DNA of 64,000 bases from Chlorokybus atmophyticus (taxonomy: Eukaryota > Plantae > Mesostigma and Chlorokybus algae), in the NCBI GenBank assembly GCA_009103225.1, contig RHPI01000984.1, positions 15,551 to 79,550 of the forward strand, given 5' to 3'. A program made the translations under genes and the position numbers. Each line of letters begins with the position of its first letter. Position 1 is the stretch's first letter. This document shows positions 38,135 through 49,530 of the stretch, in pieces. The notes under the pieces are model-generated. The model was not told the origin of the DNA, ran no database searches, and saw nothing but the letters and a program-made list of their open reading frames with translations.

Positions 38135-39240
38135 ATTTGCTTCAATGTCAAGCACCCACAGCTGCACCCTCTACCTATCCAAGGACTGTTCTATTGATGG
38201 AGCCTAGATCTGGCCGGAGATCTACCAGTCAGTAAGAGAGGCAACCGCTACGTGCTCGTGATAATAGAGCACGTTTCAAAGTGGATAAAGATAGTGGCGC
38301 TGCCATCGAAGAAGAGCAAGCTTGTAGCGGAGGCTTTTTTTGACGAAGTACTGAGCAGATTTAATGCTTGTGCTGAGGTTCTCACTGACCAAGGCACGGA
38401 GTTTCGTAACCAGTTCAATGACTTGTTGGCGCAAGCCTTCATCGACCATCGGTAGACTTCCCGTGACCATCCTCAGGCCGATGGGCTTGCTGAGAGAATG
38501 GTACACGTGGTGAAGAAGGGGCTCGCAAGTACTGTCTCAACCACAACAAGAGAGACTAGGACTTGGCGTTGCCATGGTTGGTGATGGGCTATCGCATGAC
38601 GCGGCAGGCTGCGTTGAGCTCATACAGCCCTTACTTTTTGTTGTACGGGAGAGAGCCCATACTGCCAATATGAATCCGTAGACAGGTTGAGCAGGAGCTT
38701 GACCTAGAGGATCCCAATGTGTGGGAGAAGGAGATGGCGAAGCGTGCAGAGCTGTTCCGGCGTGTGATGCCGATTGCACTTGGCAACTTGCAAGTGGCAC
38801 AACTCCGCGACACGCTGCGCTATGCCAGGGTGAGGAGTGGCTTGTACAAGCCAAGACTGCAGAAAATTTCAGCCCGGAGACTTTGTCTACTTGCAGAGGA
38901 AGACTAAGGACACAATGGATACGAGTGCGAGCCGCACCATCCTTCGTGTGAAGAAGCTTCTCAATAACGGTGTGTTGTTGTTTGAGGGAGCTGATGCCCG
39001 AACCACCAAGGAGCACATGAAGAGCTGCGCTCCTTGCCATCTGCCAAATGTGGATAATAGTGTGGATCCGGCTCTGGCAATACTAGATGTGGGCCACCGT
39101 TGTGAGCGGTGTGGCCGAGCAGAGGGTTGGGACACCATGCTACTATGCGACAGGTGTGTTGCCGGTTGGCACATGGAGTGCCTTCGTCCACCACTTGAGG
39201 AGATTCCTAATGAAGCATCGTACTGTCCGGCGTGTACAAG
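38135..39240 (+). pseudogene. Ty3/Gypsy integrase fragment with a C-terminal PHD finger
   Basis: WSLDLAG..YVLVIIEHVSKW, TDQGTEF, HPQADGLAERMV, PYFLLYGREP. PHD CERCG..MLLCDRC..WHMECLRPPL..YCPAC at 39101-39235. Stops and frameshifts present. Confidence 0.88.
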
Positions 39241-42200
39241 GACACGCATCTTTCGTATGCGTGTCTACCATGTGTCGAGAGATAGTGCGTGAGACAGCAT
39301 GACATGGTCTCATGGTGTACAATAGCATGCGGACATGCATGACAAGGTGGTTTACGACGAGTTCAAGTCACGATGAGGGAAGGCACGACAAACTGCAAAC
39401 TAGGTGTTGAAAGACGTGTTGCGACACTACACTTCACCCAGGTTTGATGACCGGGATTTGCACCTGGCATTAGCTGAGTTTGCGGTGAACAATGCATGGC
39501 AAGAGTCACTGCATAGCACTCCGTTCTTTTTGAACTATGTTAGGCATCATGTGACGCCTATGTCTCTGCAAGTTCAGCCGTTTAGCAAAGTGCCTTCGGC
39601 TAGAGACTTGACAGAGCAGATGCACGCTGCATTGGCTAGTGCAAAAGTCTGCCTGAGAGCAGTTTAAGATCGGCATAAGATGTATGCTGATCGGTAGCGC
39701 AGACCTAGAGAGGGTCTGAAGGTTGGGGACAAGGTCTTGTTGAGCACTAAGAACATAGGGCTCAAGACTAGTGGTGTACGTAAGCTCCTGCCCAGGTGGC
39801 TTGGGCCGTTCAGTGTCTCTGCAGCTGTGAGAACACGAGCCTTTAGGCTTGAATTGCCAAAGAGCATGCGTGTCCACAATGTGTTTCATGAGGCGCTGCT
39901 CAAACCATACAAGAATAATGGTAGAATGCAGCCACCTCCACCTCCTGTTGCGGTGGAGGGCGACCTTGAGCATGAAGTCGGAAGCCATTTATGGCAAGCG
40001 GTTCGGGAAGTTCAGTCAGGAAGGGCTTCCAAACAGAGTACCTTGTAAAGTGGCTGGGTTATGGTGAAGAGCATAACCTCTGGGAGCCAAATTCCTAAAT
40101 TGGCAAACCGTACTGCTAAGTTGGAAGAGTATAAGAGTGAGCTCAAATCCACAGGTGCCACTACAAGGAGCTTGTGCTTAGTTGCAATGTGCAACATTCT
40201 CTTATGTGACATGCCAACATGCGCGCACTATTACTTAATATCAGAGTTGGTTGTCACTCCCGTGACTTGCACATGTTCTACGCGTAGTGTGCGATGATTC
40301 AGAAGGGTTGGCCACCCTTGTTGGCATTTGTCGTGCGGGGCTTGTGCTCCATCAGTTTGCAACGTGGAAGTTGCAATGCAAGTGGGGAGGAATGTCACGT
40401 CCAAAGCCCTGGCTTAAGTCACTCTCAATTTCTTACTTATGTGGTAAGTAAGAAGGACTAAGTGAGGATTCCGTATAGTCATGGTGAATGTAGCACCTGG
40501 CATACGTGCTCATGAAGTCAGTTCTTATGCACTTGGTGTATGAGGACCTAGCTACTACATAAGGCATTGTCTATTAGTAAGTACAGGACTGGTCAGTGTC
40601 AAGCGCAGAGTCGCTAAGGCACCAAGGGTGTTGCTTGTGTTGATGTATCCGAGGGTGGACAGAGTCAGCCTGTGCTGACAGGTCATCGCATAGGTGGTGA
40701 GCTCCTGTTGGCCTCGGACATTCTATGTGTCAGGTCGGAGAGCAGCGGGTAGTATGAAGGCATGGCTACCACCTTGTGATGGTAAGGGGGAGTTACTGGC
40801 CTTGCAAGACTACTCGTGCGTGGAGTGCCTGGCTGAAGCTGTTGAAGGGTGCTCTCCCATCTACTCCCTTGTGGGTTGTTGCTGGTAGCAAGGTGTGTGG
40901 TAAAGTACAACTGCTTGTGCAGAAGTTTGTGACCCTCTCAGCAGGTAAGTTGAGAGGTCAATGTGACACATGCGGACTATGTGGTTCATATGGACTTATC
41001 GCTTATCAAGCTGTGTCGTGCTTAGGTTGAACCACACGAACACGTCCTTGCCTCCTTGAATCGCTCATAATGCTACACAAGGCATTGATATGTGGTAGCA
41101 CAAAGCTGATTACTGTCTACCCTGGCCATGTGAGCCTTGTATCATGATGTTACCACTGTGTAACAATGATTGCCATTCATGGTGACCCTGAGACAGTTGT
41201 GAGCTGTTATTCGTATTCCACGTTAATTTGACGATGTCTGCCATTGCGTGGCTGCTACACACAGCAATACGCTGCTAATGGCATAATGTGTTGTCCTCTG
41301 TTGAACATTCCAAATAACCACCGTGTAAGAATGATTGCCATTCATGGTGACCCTGAGACAGTTGTGAGCTGTTAATCGTAATTCACGTCAGTTTGACGAT
41401 GTCTGCCATTGCGTGTCCGCTACACATAGCAGTAAGCTGCTAATGTGTAGCGGACACGCAATGGCATATCGTGTCACATAGTGTCCTGTGTTGGACATTC
41501 CGAACAAGCCTAGGTTGATGTCCTGTGATGGGACAAGTCCTGTGTTGGACTTGTTAGCATAGGAACAGTACCTTGTATCTATATTAATGTTTCCGAGATA
41601 ATCTCAATAATACTCCCGAGGTGGAATTTAATGATCCCTATGTAGGGAACTGTCATGTGTACAGGTTGGCGCGCAGTGACAAGGCCTTGTTGGCCTTAGA
41701 CATTGTGTATCAGGTCGGAGAGCAACAAGTGAAGTATATAAGCTTGTGTAAGCTTGCAATTTGCATCATCATGTGAGGTGCCCTACGAGTACCAACTTGT
41801 GTGGGGGGTGCCTGCTTTGGAGCTGTTAGAAGGGCTCTCCCTCACATCCCTTATGGGGTGTGATGTTGTGTATGTGTGCGCCACCTTAGGTGCATGTGTG
41901 TGTCTGGGGCTGGAGCTGAGTGGAGGGGCGTTTGATCATCCTCTTCCTTTTTTGTGCGGAGCTGCTGGGCTGCTCCCGTGGTGTCTTGCCGCTGTACCAA
42001 GTGGTACTCACACAAGTTGTGTTGCTAGACTTCCTCCTAGCTGGAGTTGTAAGTCCTTTGTTTTGTGCACAAGTGTGCGGTGGCTACCAGCAAGTAAGTG
42101 AGTAGAAATGTCACAGTCGCAAGAACTATCTTTTTTCGTTCTCTATGCATGACGCATATAGGGAATGAACCTTTTGCAGTCACGCAATTTTACGCACAGT

Positions 42201-45200
42201 CACGCTGCATTGCGGCGTGTCTGTACGCAACACGTGACGCAGCGTGAGTAGACGTTACACTATTGGCTAATACACGTTTTCATATATGTGTTGTTTAGCA
42301 CAATATATGCCACTGATGATGCAATGCTTTGTGTTGAATGATGCATGTGATTGTGCTAACCAATATACGCCTTTTTATAAATATTATGTACAATTTATCA
42401 AGATTTCGTTTCGTTCGGATTATTGTTCATTATTGTTGGTTCGTTTGCTGTCACTCAATGATGTCGCCAAAACAAAGCAAGGTTATATGAACCTTAAACT
42501 TTATGATAACAATATTGTTCAGGTTCTTGTTCTTTGTTCGTGCGGTCATGCCCGAACCTAGGTTCGGCCCCAGCCCTACTGATTAGCACTGATTGATCTA
42601 CTCATTTATCTGATTGATTAAGTATCAACCTGTAGATTATTACAAATCATTACTGTAGGAGGGATTCTGTCAGCAGGACTTCTTAGCGGCGCGTGTGCTG
42701 TGCAGGCACAAAGCCCCGCTCAATCAAGCAGTTTTTCCGGCAACTTTCCGCCACTGTCATCATCATCAGCCTGAAGCTACTCCGACGTGTTTGCGGAGTG
42801 GCATCCACGTGGACATTCAGAGGGGTAGGTTGTTGCCTTGGCTTTGGTGCAGGCGTGAGGCAGAAGGTTGGCGGCATTGTTGGCGTGGTCTGTTGCTGTG
42901 ACGTGCGAAAGCTTGGGGAGGAGGTGGCACATACAAAGGAAGCATAAGGGTTAGGGTGAGGGTAAGGGCGTGATCAGGCTGTCAAGGTCTGGCAGCTAAC
43001 CACGGGGGTGGCTAGCCAGGTCGACCGCCTTGCGGCTGTTGCTGGCTGGCTTTCCGCCTCTGCCTAAGATATGGCGTGGGCGTGCTGTCGCTGTTGAGCT
43101 TGGCTGTTGTTTATGGCGATGGTGACGGTGGGGGCGACGGCACTGCCGGCTGTGTCGTTGGTAAGGCTCGAGGTGTCGGCGTTTTCTTGCGGCGAGAGTC
43201 AATGGCGAGCCGAATTAATTGACAAGCACAAAATTGTGCCAGTCTTGCGTGGTTCTGGCTCTTCCTTTTTTGCAGAGTCGCTGCGGGGAGCTGCCGTCCG
43301 GTCCTCCAGCAGGCCGCACCGCACCTTCACCAAGCGCTAGCTTGCTTCTAAAGCAACCGTCCCTGGAGTAAACCTATCCGACATTGAGCCAACGGAACAG
43401 GTGAGCTCGGTTGAGGTTCTCATTCTGTGGCAGATTCACTTGTGAAACAAGGAGAGCTAGCTAGCTGTACAACTATGCCTGGCTGTGTCTGTTGCGCATC
43501 CGGCAACAACCGGTTGTGACTCTGCCAATTGACCGTTCGCTCATGGTGTTGCTTTTGCAGAGTATCTCCCAGCAAGACTGCCCTTTGTTCTAAGTGCTGC
43601 GGGCCATTGCCATACCCTCGTTTGCTGTCTTCTGTACACCAGCGATTGTTGCGGCAGCTGCTGTTGGAGCTGTTGCCAGCCATATTATGAAAGAAGAGGC
43701 GGCATCTGCTTTCGATGATGCACCTGTTGTGTAAGTTGCTTGCTGATGTGGGATCACCCTCAAAGTGGTGACGAATGGCTGTCACGCGTTGAGTGCTCTG
43801 ATGCATTTGTGCGCGCACAGGCACTACAAGTCAAGGCACAATAAGCAGGATACGGTGCGCAATGCGTTCATGGTCAGTCAATGCGTTGCCTTTGATGCGG
43901 CGTTTGCCGCATCCGTCATGATGCTACACCCTGTGGTCGTCGCTGTTGCGGCCGCTGTTGGGACCGTCACCATGGTGGACTTGCGAAGTATGATCAGCTC
44001 CACGGCAGGGAATGACAGTCACAGCGGGCCAGAACTGGCGGCCATATCCAAATCAGCAGCGTCAGGAGCCCAATCGAACAATCAGGCTGCAGGTGTTCGC
44101 ACATGTACACACCTGCAGACTCACAGCATACCAATGTGTGCATATGTGCTGCATACACGTGCTATATACAGATGCTGTCGTTCTTTGTGTATTCCTTCAA
44201 GACCTGCATTAGTTAGATCTGCTGCGCATAAAAGCAGTCCTTTGTCTTCATTGAATTGCAGTGAGCTCAGTCGGACTGCACACAGTCTACACCAAGTGCA
44301 TTGGCTACATACAAGCATGTAAGCACAGCTTACCAAACAGTATGGCATGCTGTTGCATATGCTGTGCACAAACTTTTTGGCATGCCTTCTAGAACTCAAT
44401 GCTGCACTGCCTTCTTTGTTGTGCACATTGCCTTGTTTACCAAGGTACTGTGCACCACAACGTCAGTGTGCACACTACCTAATTGGCACTGTATTGGTTA
44501 AGTGCGTGTGCCATCATCATGCACACCTGTGAGCCCATGCCATGCCTGCGCCCCGATTACCTGGAGCACCTCATGTTCACTCAACAGCCCACGTGTTGCT
44601 TTGCAGGAACAAGCACAGACACAACAGGTACAACCGCACATAGCAACAATGCTGCCAGCAGCAACAGCAACAGCAACAGCACCGTGTTGGGACGCACTGT
44701 ATACCTATTGCATTGTTAAGCGTGTCCAGAACACGCTCAACAGGTATTGCCATTGCAATTGCCAATTATGCCGTCTCGAGGAGGACCTTACCATCTCTCC
44801 CGCACCCAGACAGGAGTAGCTGGCTTGCGACTGATTGACCGGTCTGTCATCGTAATCCATTCAGGTCAACTGGCTTGCAACACTGCGCGATAAGTACAAT
44901 CTTCAAGTGCTTTTGGACTGGGAACCGCATAAGGACACATTGGAGACTTGAACCAGTAAATATGGGACTGCAGGCTACAAGGTCTGTGCACATGTAACTG
45001 TCATGCTCGTGACCAACCAATACTCAACGCACCAATGCGTGGTGCACGCTAGGCATCACGCAGTTGCTCAGCACAAACACTGCTTGCAAAGGCCCCCCAG
45101 GGGGGGCCCCTGCGATTGCAAGCTTGTTGATACTGTCGTGACTCAGCTAGTGGAACTGCAGGTAGTGGCGGTGGGAAATTTGAATGTGTTGATGTCGTCA

Positions 45201-45418
45201 AGCAAACTGCGGAAGGACATGCAGTTGCGAATGCCGTTGCGCGGCAGTGGCAGCTGCTGACATGTCTGCTGAACCAAATGCACAATCAAGGCAGGTGGCT
45301 CGTACTAATCGTCTTCAAGGTTGGTTCGCTCGCACATACACCCCTTGCTGTCACTGCCATTGGGCGAACAGTTGTTTTCAGACTCAAGGCGTTCAGTGCC
45401 CCGCAATTGTATCATTAA
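39120..45418 (+). repeat. Segmental direct duplication, copy 1
   Basis: Colinear with 49531-55765, about 90-97% identical by eye. Confidence 0.93.
39241..42115 (+). mobile_element. 3' fragment of chromovirus family B (integrase C-terminus, chromodomain, PPT, LTR 40393-42115), copy 1
   Basis: VLxDVLRHY, FAVNNA, KLLPRWLGPF, VHNVFH, frameshifted chromodomain YLVKWLGY, PPT GGGGAGGAA, then TGTCAC..GTCACA. The LTR end is inferred. Confidence 0.8.
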
Positions 45419-47750
45419 TTGTATTTGGTGCGCAGGGTGCTATCCCACGAATGCACATTCCCGAGAGGCTACGGGAATTCAGATGCTACTAAATAGATCC
45501 CGACTCGGACACATCTCAATCGGTTTTTACAAGCTTCCTGGCGGGTTTGGAGAATAAATGGGTCTTCTTGTCTTATTGCCAACGCGCCGTGACGCACGTG
45601 CAAAAGGTGTCACTGTTGATGGTTGGCTGAATGCAGGCCACACCTCTGTGATCTGGTCGCCAACCGTGCCTACAAAACTGCATTGTCCTCTTGATATATG
45701 CAATCAGCTCACCTCCTGGTTGCATAAACGTGCAGGTGTCTCAGCTTGCGTGGAGGATACATGCTTGTGGATTTGAGGTAGTCATCGATCAGATAAAACC
45801 TTATTCCATGGCATGGGCCCAGTTTATTGCGCAGGGTTTTGCGGAAGGCACCAAGGTTTGCGCACACGTCCCTTTTTCGAACATGAAAACTTATTGTATG
45901 TGATGTCGGCTCTGTGGTCATCTAAATGCAGTTCAGGTTCTCGTGGTGGGAGACCCAGATTATGTGCGGATTGCCAAACGGGACAACACGAGCACGTATG
46001 ATGATGGGCACGGAGTATCAGTGGAATGGCTGCAGATATCCACAAGGATTTTCAACCAGCACAACGCAGGCAACGCTGCTTGTACCAGTGTTCTTGAAGG
46101 TTCGTTTCCTTACACATGAATGGTCACAACAGTTGCGCTTGTGTAACGACTATGCGAGCGCCAAGGCAATCGCGCAGACGCCGTTGAATGCTATAGGTGG
46201 TACTGCTGCCATCGCATTGCCTGCAACCCTGTGAGCTTCTCTCTTGGAATGTGCAGGGCGGTAACCGGGAAACCCGCCTCCCTGAATTGCTACAATCGTG
46301 GACATATCATCAGATCGACCCCGATTCTGAGTGTGATCCAGGTTCTGAAGGGTTATTGGATTATTTGAACGATGTGTTGCCCAAGTTGCAAGTTCATCAC
46401 CCAACCGAGGATTGATTTGGCTTACTGGTATATTGACACATTTGATTGATACGATGCGCCTTAGTTGTTGGACAATTCAGTAGTCTTAAAGATGTGTATA
46501 AGTTATAATTGTGAATTGGTTTGTAATAGCCCATCTTATAGTGTGCCGTACCCGCTCTCTTGCATGGGTTGTGGCTGCAAGAGTCTTGTAGCCCTAACAC
46601 ACCACAACAACAGCCCTTGATGGTGTCAGCGCAGTCGGCCTTAACCCCTAATGCCTCTTGTCGCTCACATGGGACGATGATGTGGTCGCGCATGACCATC
46701 ATGGTGTGACGGTACAAGCTTTGTGCTCCGTGCGTGCAAGTGACAGACGTGCGAGCTATGCCGCCCGCACGCTGCCCGACTCGGGCCTCAAGATAATGGA
46801 TTGGCATGCTGAGACGGCCATGAAGCTGCGTATCATATAGAGTGTGCTGCCGGCAGCCCGCAGGTGCAGTGAAGCACACCACTACAAATCGCCCAGTGGC
46901 CTTTCAACTATCTAAAATATCAATATTTACGCTGATACTATCAACATCCAATGTTGATCGTATCAACACGAATGTCGAGAGCACCGCCTTGATGAGCGTC
47001 AACATACAATTTGATATTAGCAATAATCAAGCTGATGTAACAAACAGTTGCATCTCCTAGATCAACGCAAACGTCCAAAATTTACCATGCGCGATCAATG
47101 TGAATGTTTTTGTACATGCATGTTGACAGTGCAAGAAAGCCATGGATACCATACAGCAATATACATGTTGAAATCATGTTCATGGCATGCTACCGTTTAC
47201 TTGTCATCTACCCATGTATAATGTATTGGACTGTGCTTGTGCTCGGGTGTGGAACTTGACAGCTCCTGACTCAAGTAGGTGCCACCTGCCCCAATGGCAG
47301 TTCAGTGCATTGCTGCAAGTGGGGGCGCAATGCACGAATGTAGGAACTGGGCAGCTACGAGGAGCGCTAACGCATGTACTCAATAGCATCCACCTACAAG
47401 TAGAAAGGTGTTCATGCAGCTGTGAGTACATTCAGTGAAGTGGCATGTTCTGCTACAATTGCAACATACTACGTACACACCTTGGCTGCAAAATTGTCAC
47501 AGACGCATTGGGCTTGCTGCCAGGGTCCTAATGTGCCACAAACTTCCTGGTTGTTGCGGTTGTTATCAGTGTTGCCCTGTTGTGTCTTCTTTGCTGTTAT
47601 CGCAAGCACAGCAGCGCAACAACAAGGACCCCCCGAGGACGAGCAAGGTCACCGAGGAGAGTGCTGAGGATGCCGTGCGTTCAGACCAGATACAGACCTG
47701 CAAAAGGAGAAGTTCAGCACTGGACACCATAGTTTTACTGCAGGCAGACA
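43270..47750 (+). pseudogene. Spliced gene of unknown function with hydrophobic and Cys-rich segments, degenerate
   Basis: Phase-compatible exons near 43560-43730, 43830-43851 and 43920-44092. A later N/T-rich frame and a Cys-rich frame end in a TM-like FLVVAVVISVALLCLLCC. Several stops. Confidence 0.3.
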
Positions 47751-49530
47751 CAATGTCTATGCATGATTGTATGGCCATGCACACAGGCGCGTGCGTTCAT
47801 GCGCGTGTGCAGTGGTACCAGCAAGTGAAATGGGTGACGAAAATATGTGTGGTTGGTGCAAGCGCATACGTTGCAACCATGCGCATGCGCTAATCACGCA
47901 GCAGCAGCAGCAGCAGAAGTGAGCGGAAGGCAAGAACATGGCTAGGTCTGAAATCAATTACCAGGATCAGATTCTTGAACAGCTGCCATCGTGGCTTGCG
48001 CAATAACTGAGTGTCATTCAAGTCATCTTTGTCAACTGCCTACGAAAGCGGTGGGCAACCGCCTGGGCCAGCTCTAAGGCTGAAGCACACAGTGTGGTGA
48101 CCCAAAACAACGACATTCAATGCAAAATTAGAATACGTAATGTGCAGGTCGCTGGCGCTTGCACAGAATCGCTTATACTGTAGCAACAGTACTACTGAGG
48201 GCATGGACTGCTATGCTATAAAGCCAACATGTTGTTTGAACTCCTCCACCAAGTCCCTTAAAATCCATCGACAAGGGAAGATTTCAACTTCTGTGGTAGT
48301 CATCAGCTGCCCACCTAACACACGATTATAAATTGCAAAAGCACATAACGAACGCATGTCATGTGCTGATGCATGTCACACGCAAGTCCCGTGCAAGTGG
48401 GATGTCCATTGTTACATGTAGTTCGTGCCGCTGCTGCAAACGCCTTAGCAATGGTCTCGCAACATCCCACAAACGACCAAGCAGAAGTTTAACATATGCA
48501 TCATCATTGCTGCACACATGGCTGTTACGTGTAGCGCTTGTTGGCTCCGCTCTAATCACAAACCACAATCACATTTCATGCAAACTGATTTGTCGCAAGT
48601 ATTTACAGATGTTGCAAGTAACATACATACAGGCGAGTATAGTCACATTGCCAAAACAATCTGACAGCCCCACACACGAGAGCATGGAAAACCACCAAAG
48701 CATGCTTGCTTAACCTTAATTAACACGACCTTGTGCCAAAACTTAATACTGATCTTACTACTTGTAGTAATTCAACAGCACGCACCCTGCAATATGACAA
48801 CCTGCTATGAGATGAGGTACCTGGCCAGAGATCGGTGCCCAAGGTTTATGTGTTGGGTTTTTGTTGGGAACTCATGTTTGGGTCCTCTTGGACGTGAGGG
48901 AGGTGTGTTCAAGGCGGATCTACAGTCAGATACCAAGCTGACAGCATATTTAAGTCATTATGGTATCCCGCGCAGCTGTTTTGGAGTTGTGACTTTTAGA
49001 AGCCACAATTTACAGTTGGAGTGGCGGTTTGGCCGTGGGCGTAAAAAGATGCGCCTTGAAGTGTACTTGAAGAGGATGAGCTTGAATAAGCCTTTCCTAA
49101 CCGTCTACCGTTACTTATCAGCGCCATCATGACTGTTACTATGCTGGTGCAGACTGACAGTTAGGTTAGTTGGAGAGTTGGTTGGGCTTGGGCTCAACGG
49201 TGGTATATAAGGCTTTGCTAGCTTGTTTCCTAGTTTGGTTGGATGCAAGTTGGCCTACTGGAGTGCAAGCAACAACTTTGGGAAGAGGTTCTTGGCTGAG
49301 CGGATGCTTGCGCACATGCTTGCATGTATGGTGTGTGCACGTGTTTGCTGCTGTGCGTTGCTGTGCATGAAGGGGTGTGTCACTGTTGCGACTTTGATGC
49401 ACCGTATGGGCTGCCTTAGCATGTACATTGAGTGAGGATTGAGTTTGGACTGCTCTACACGAGTGAACAGTTGATTGCAAGTCAAGTTGTGATCGTCTTG
49501 CCTACCTTTTGCAAGGGGACACGCTTCTTT

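Noticed and set aside
37882-38151. BED/C2H2-like finger on the minus strand (VCGK..LLEHL..H)
   Set aside because: The first Cys is missing and there is no supporting transposase nearby; too weak to call.
45091-45110. C6-A-G7 hairpin as a terminator
   Set aside because: Low-complexity sequence, no U-tract, eukaryotic context.
39241-45418. The 6.3-kb repeats as giant LTRs of one element
   Set aside because: Both copies begin inside PHD coding sequence and contain an internal PPT-LTR, and no convincing PBS or TSD was found.
45926-46234. GTEYQWNGCRYPQGF as a reverse-transcriptase motif
   Set aside because: It resembles YQWxxLPQG, but no upstream Asp motif or downstream YxDD is found in frame.
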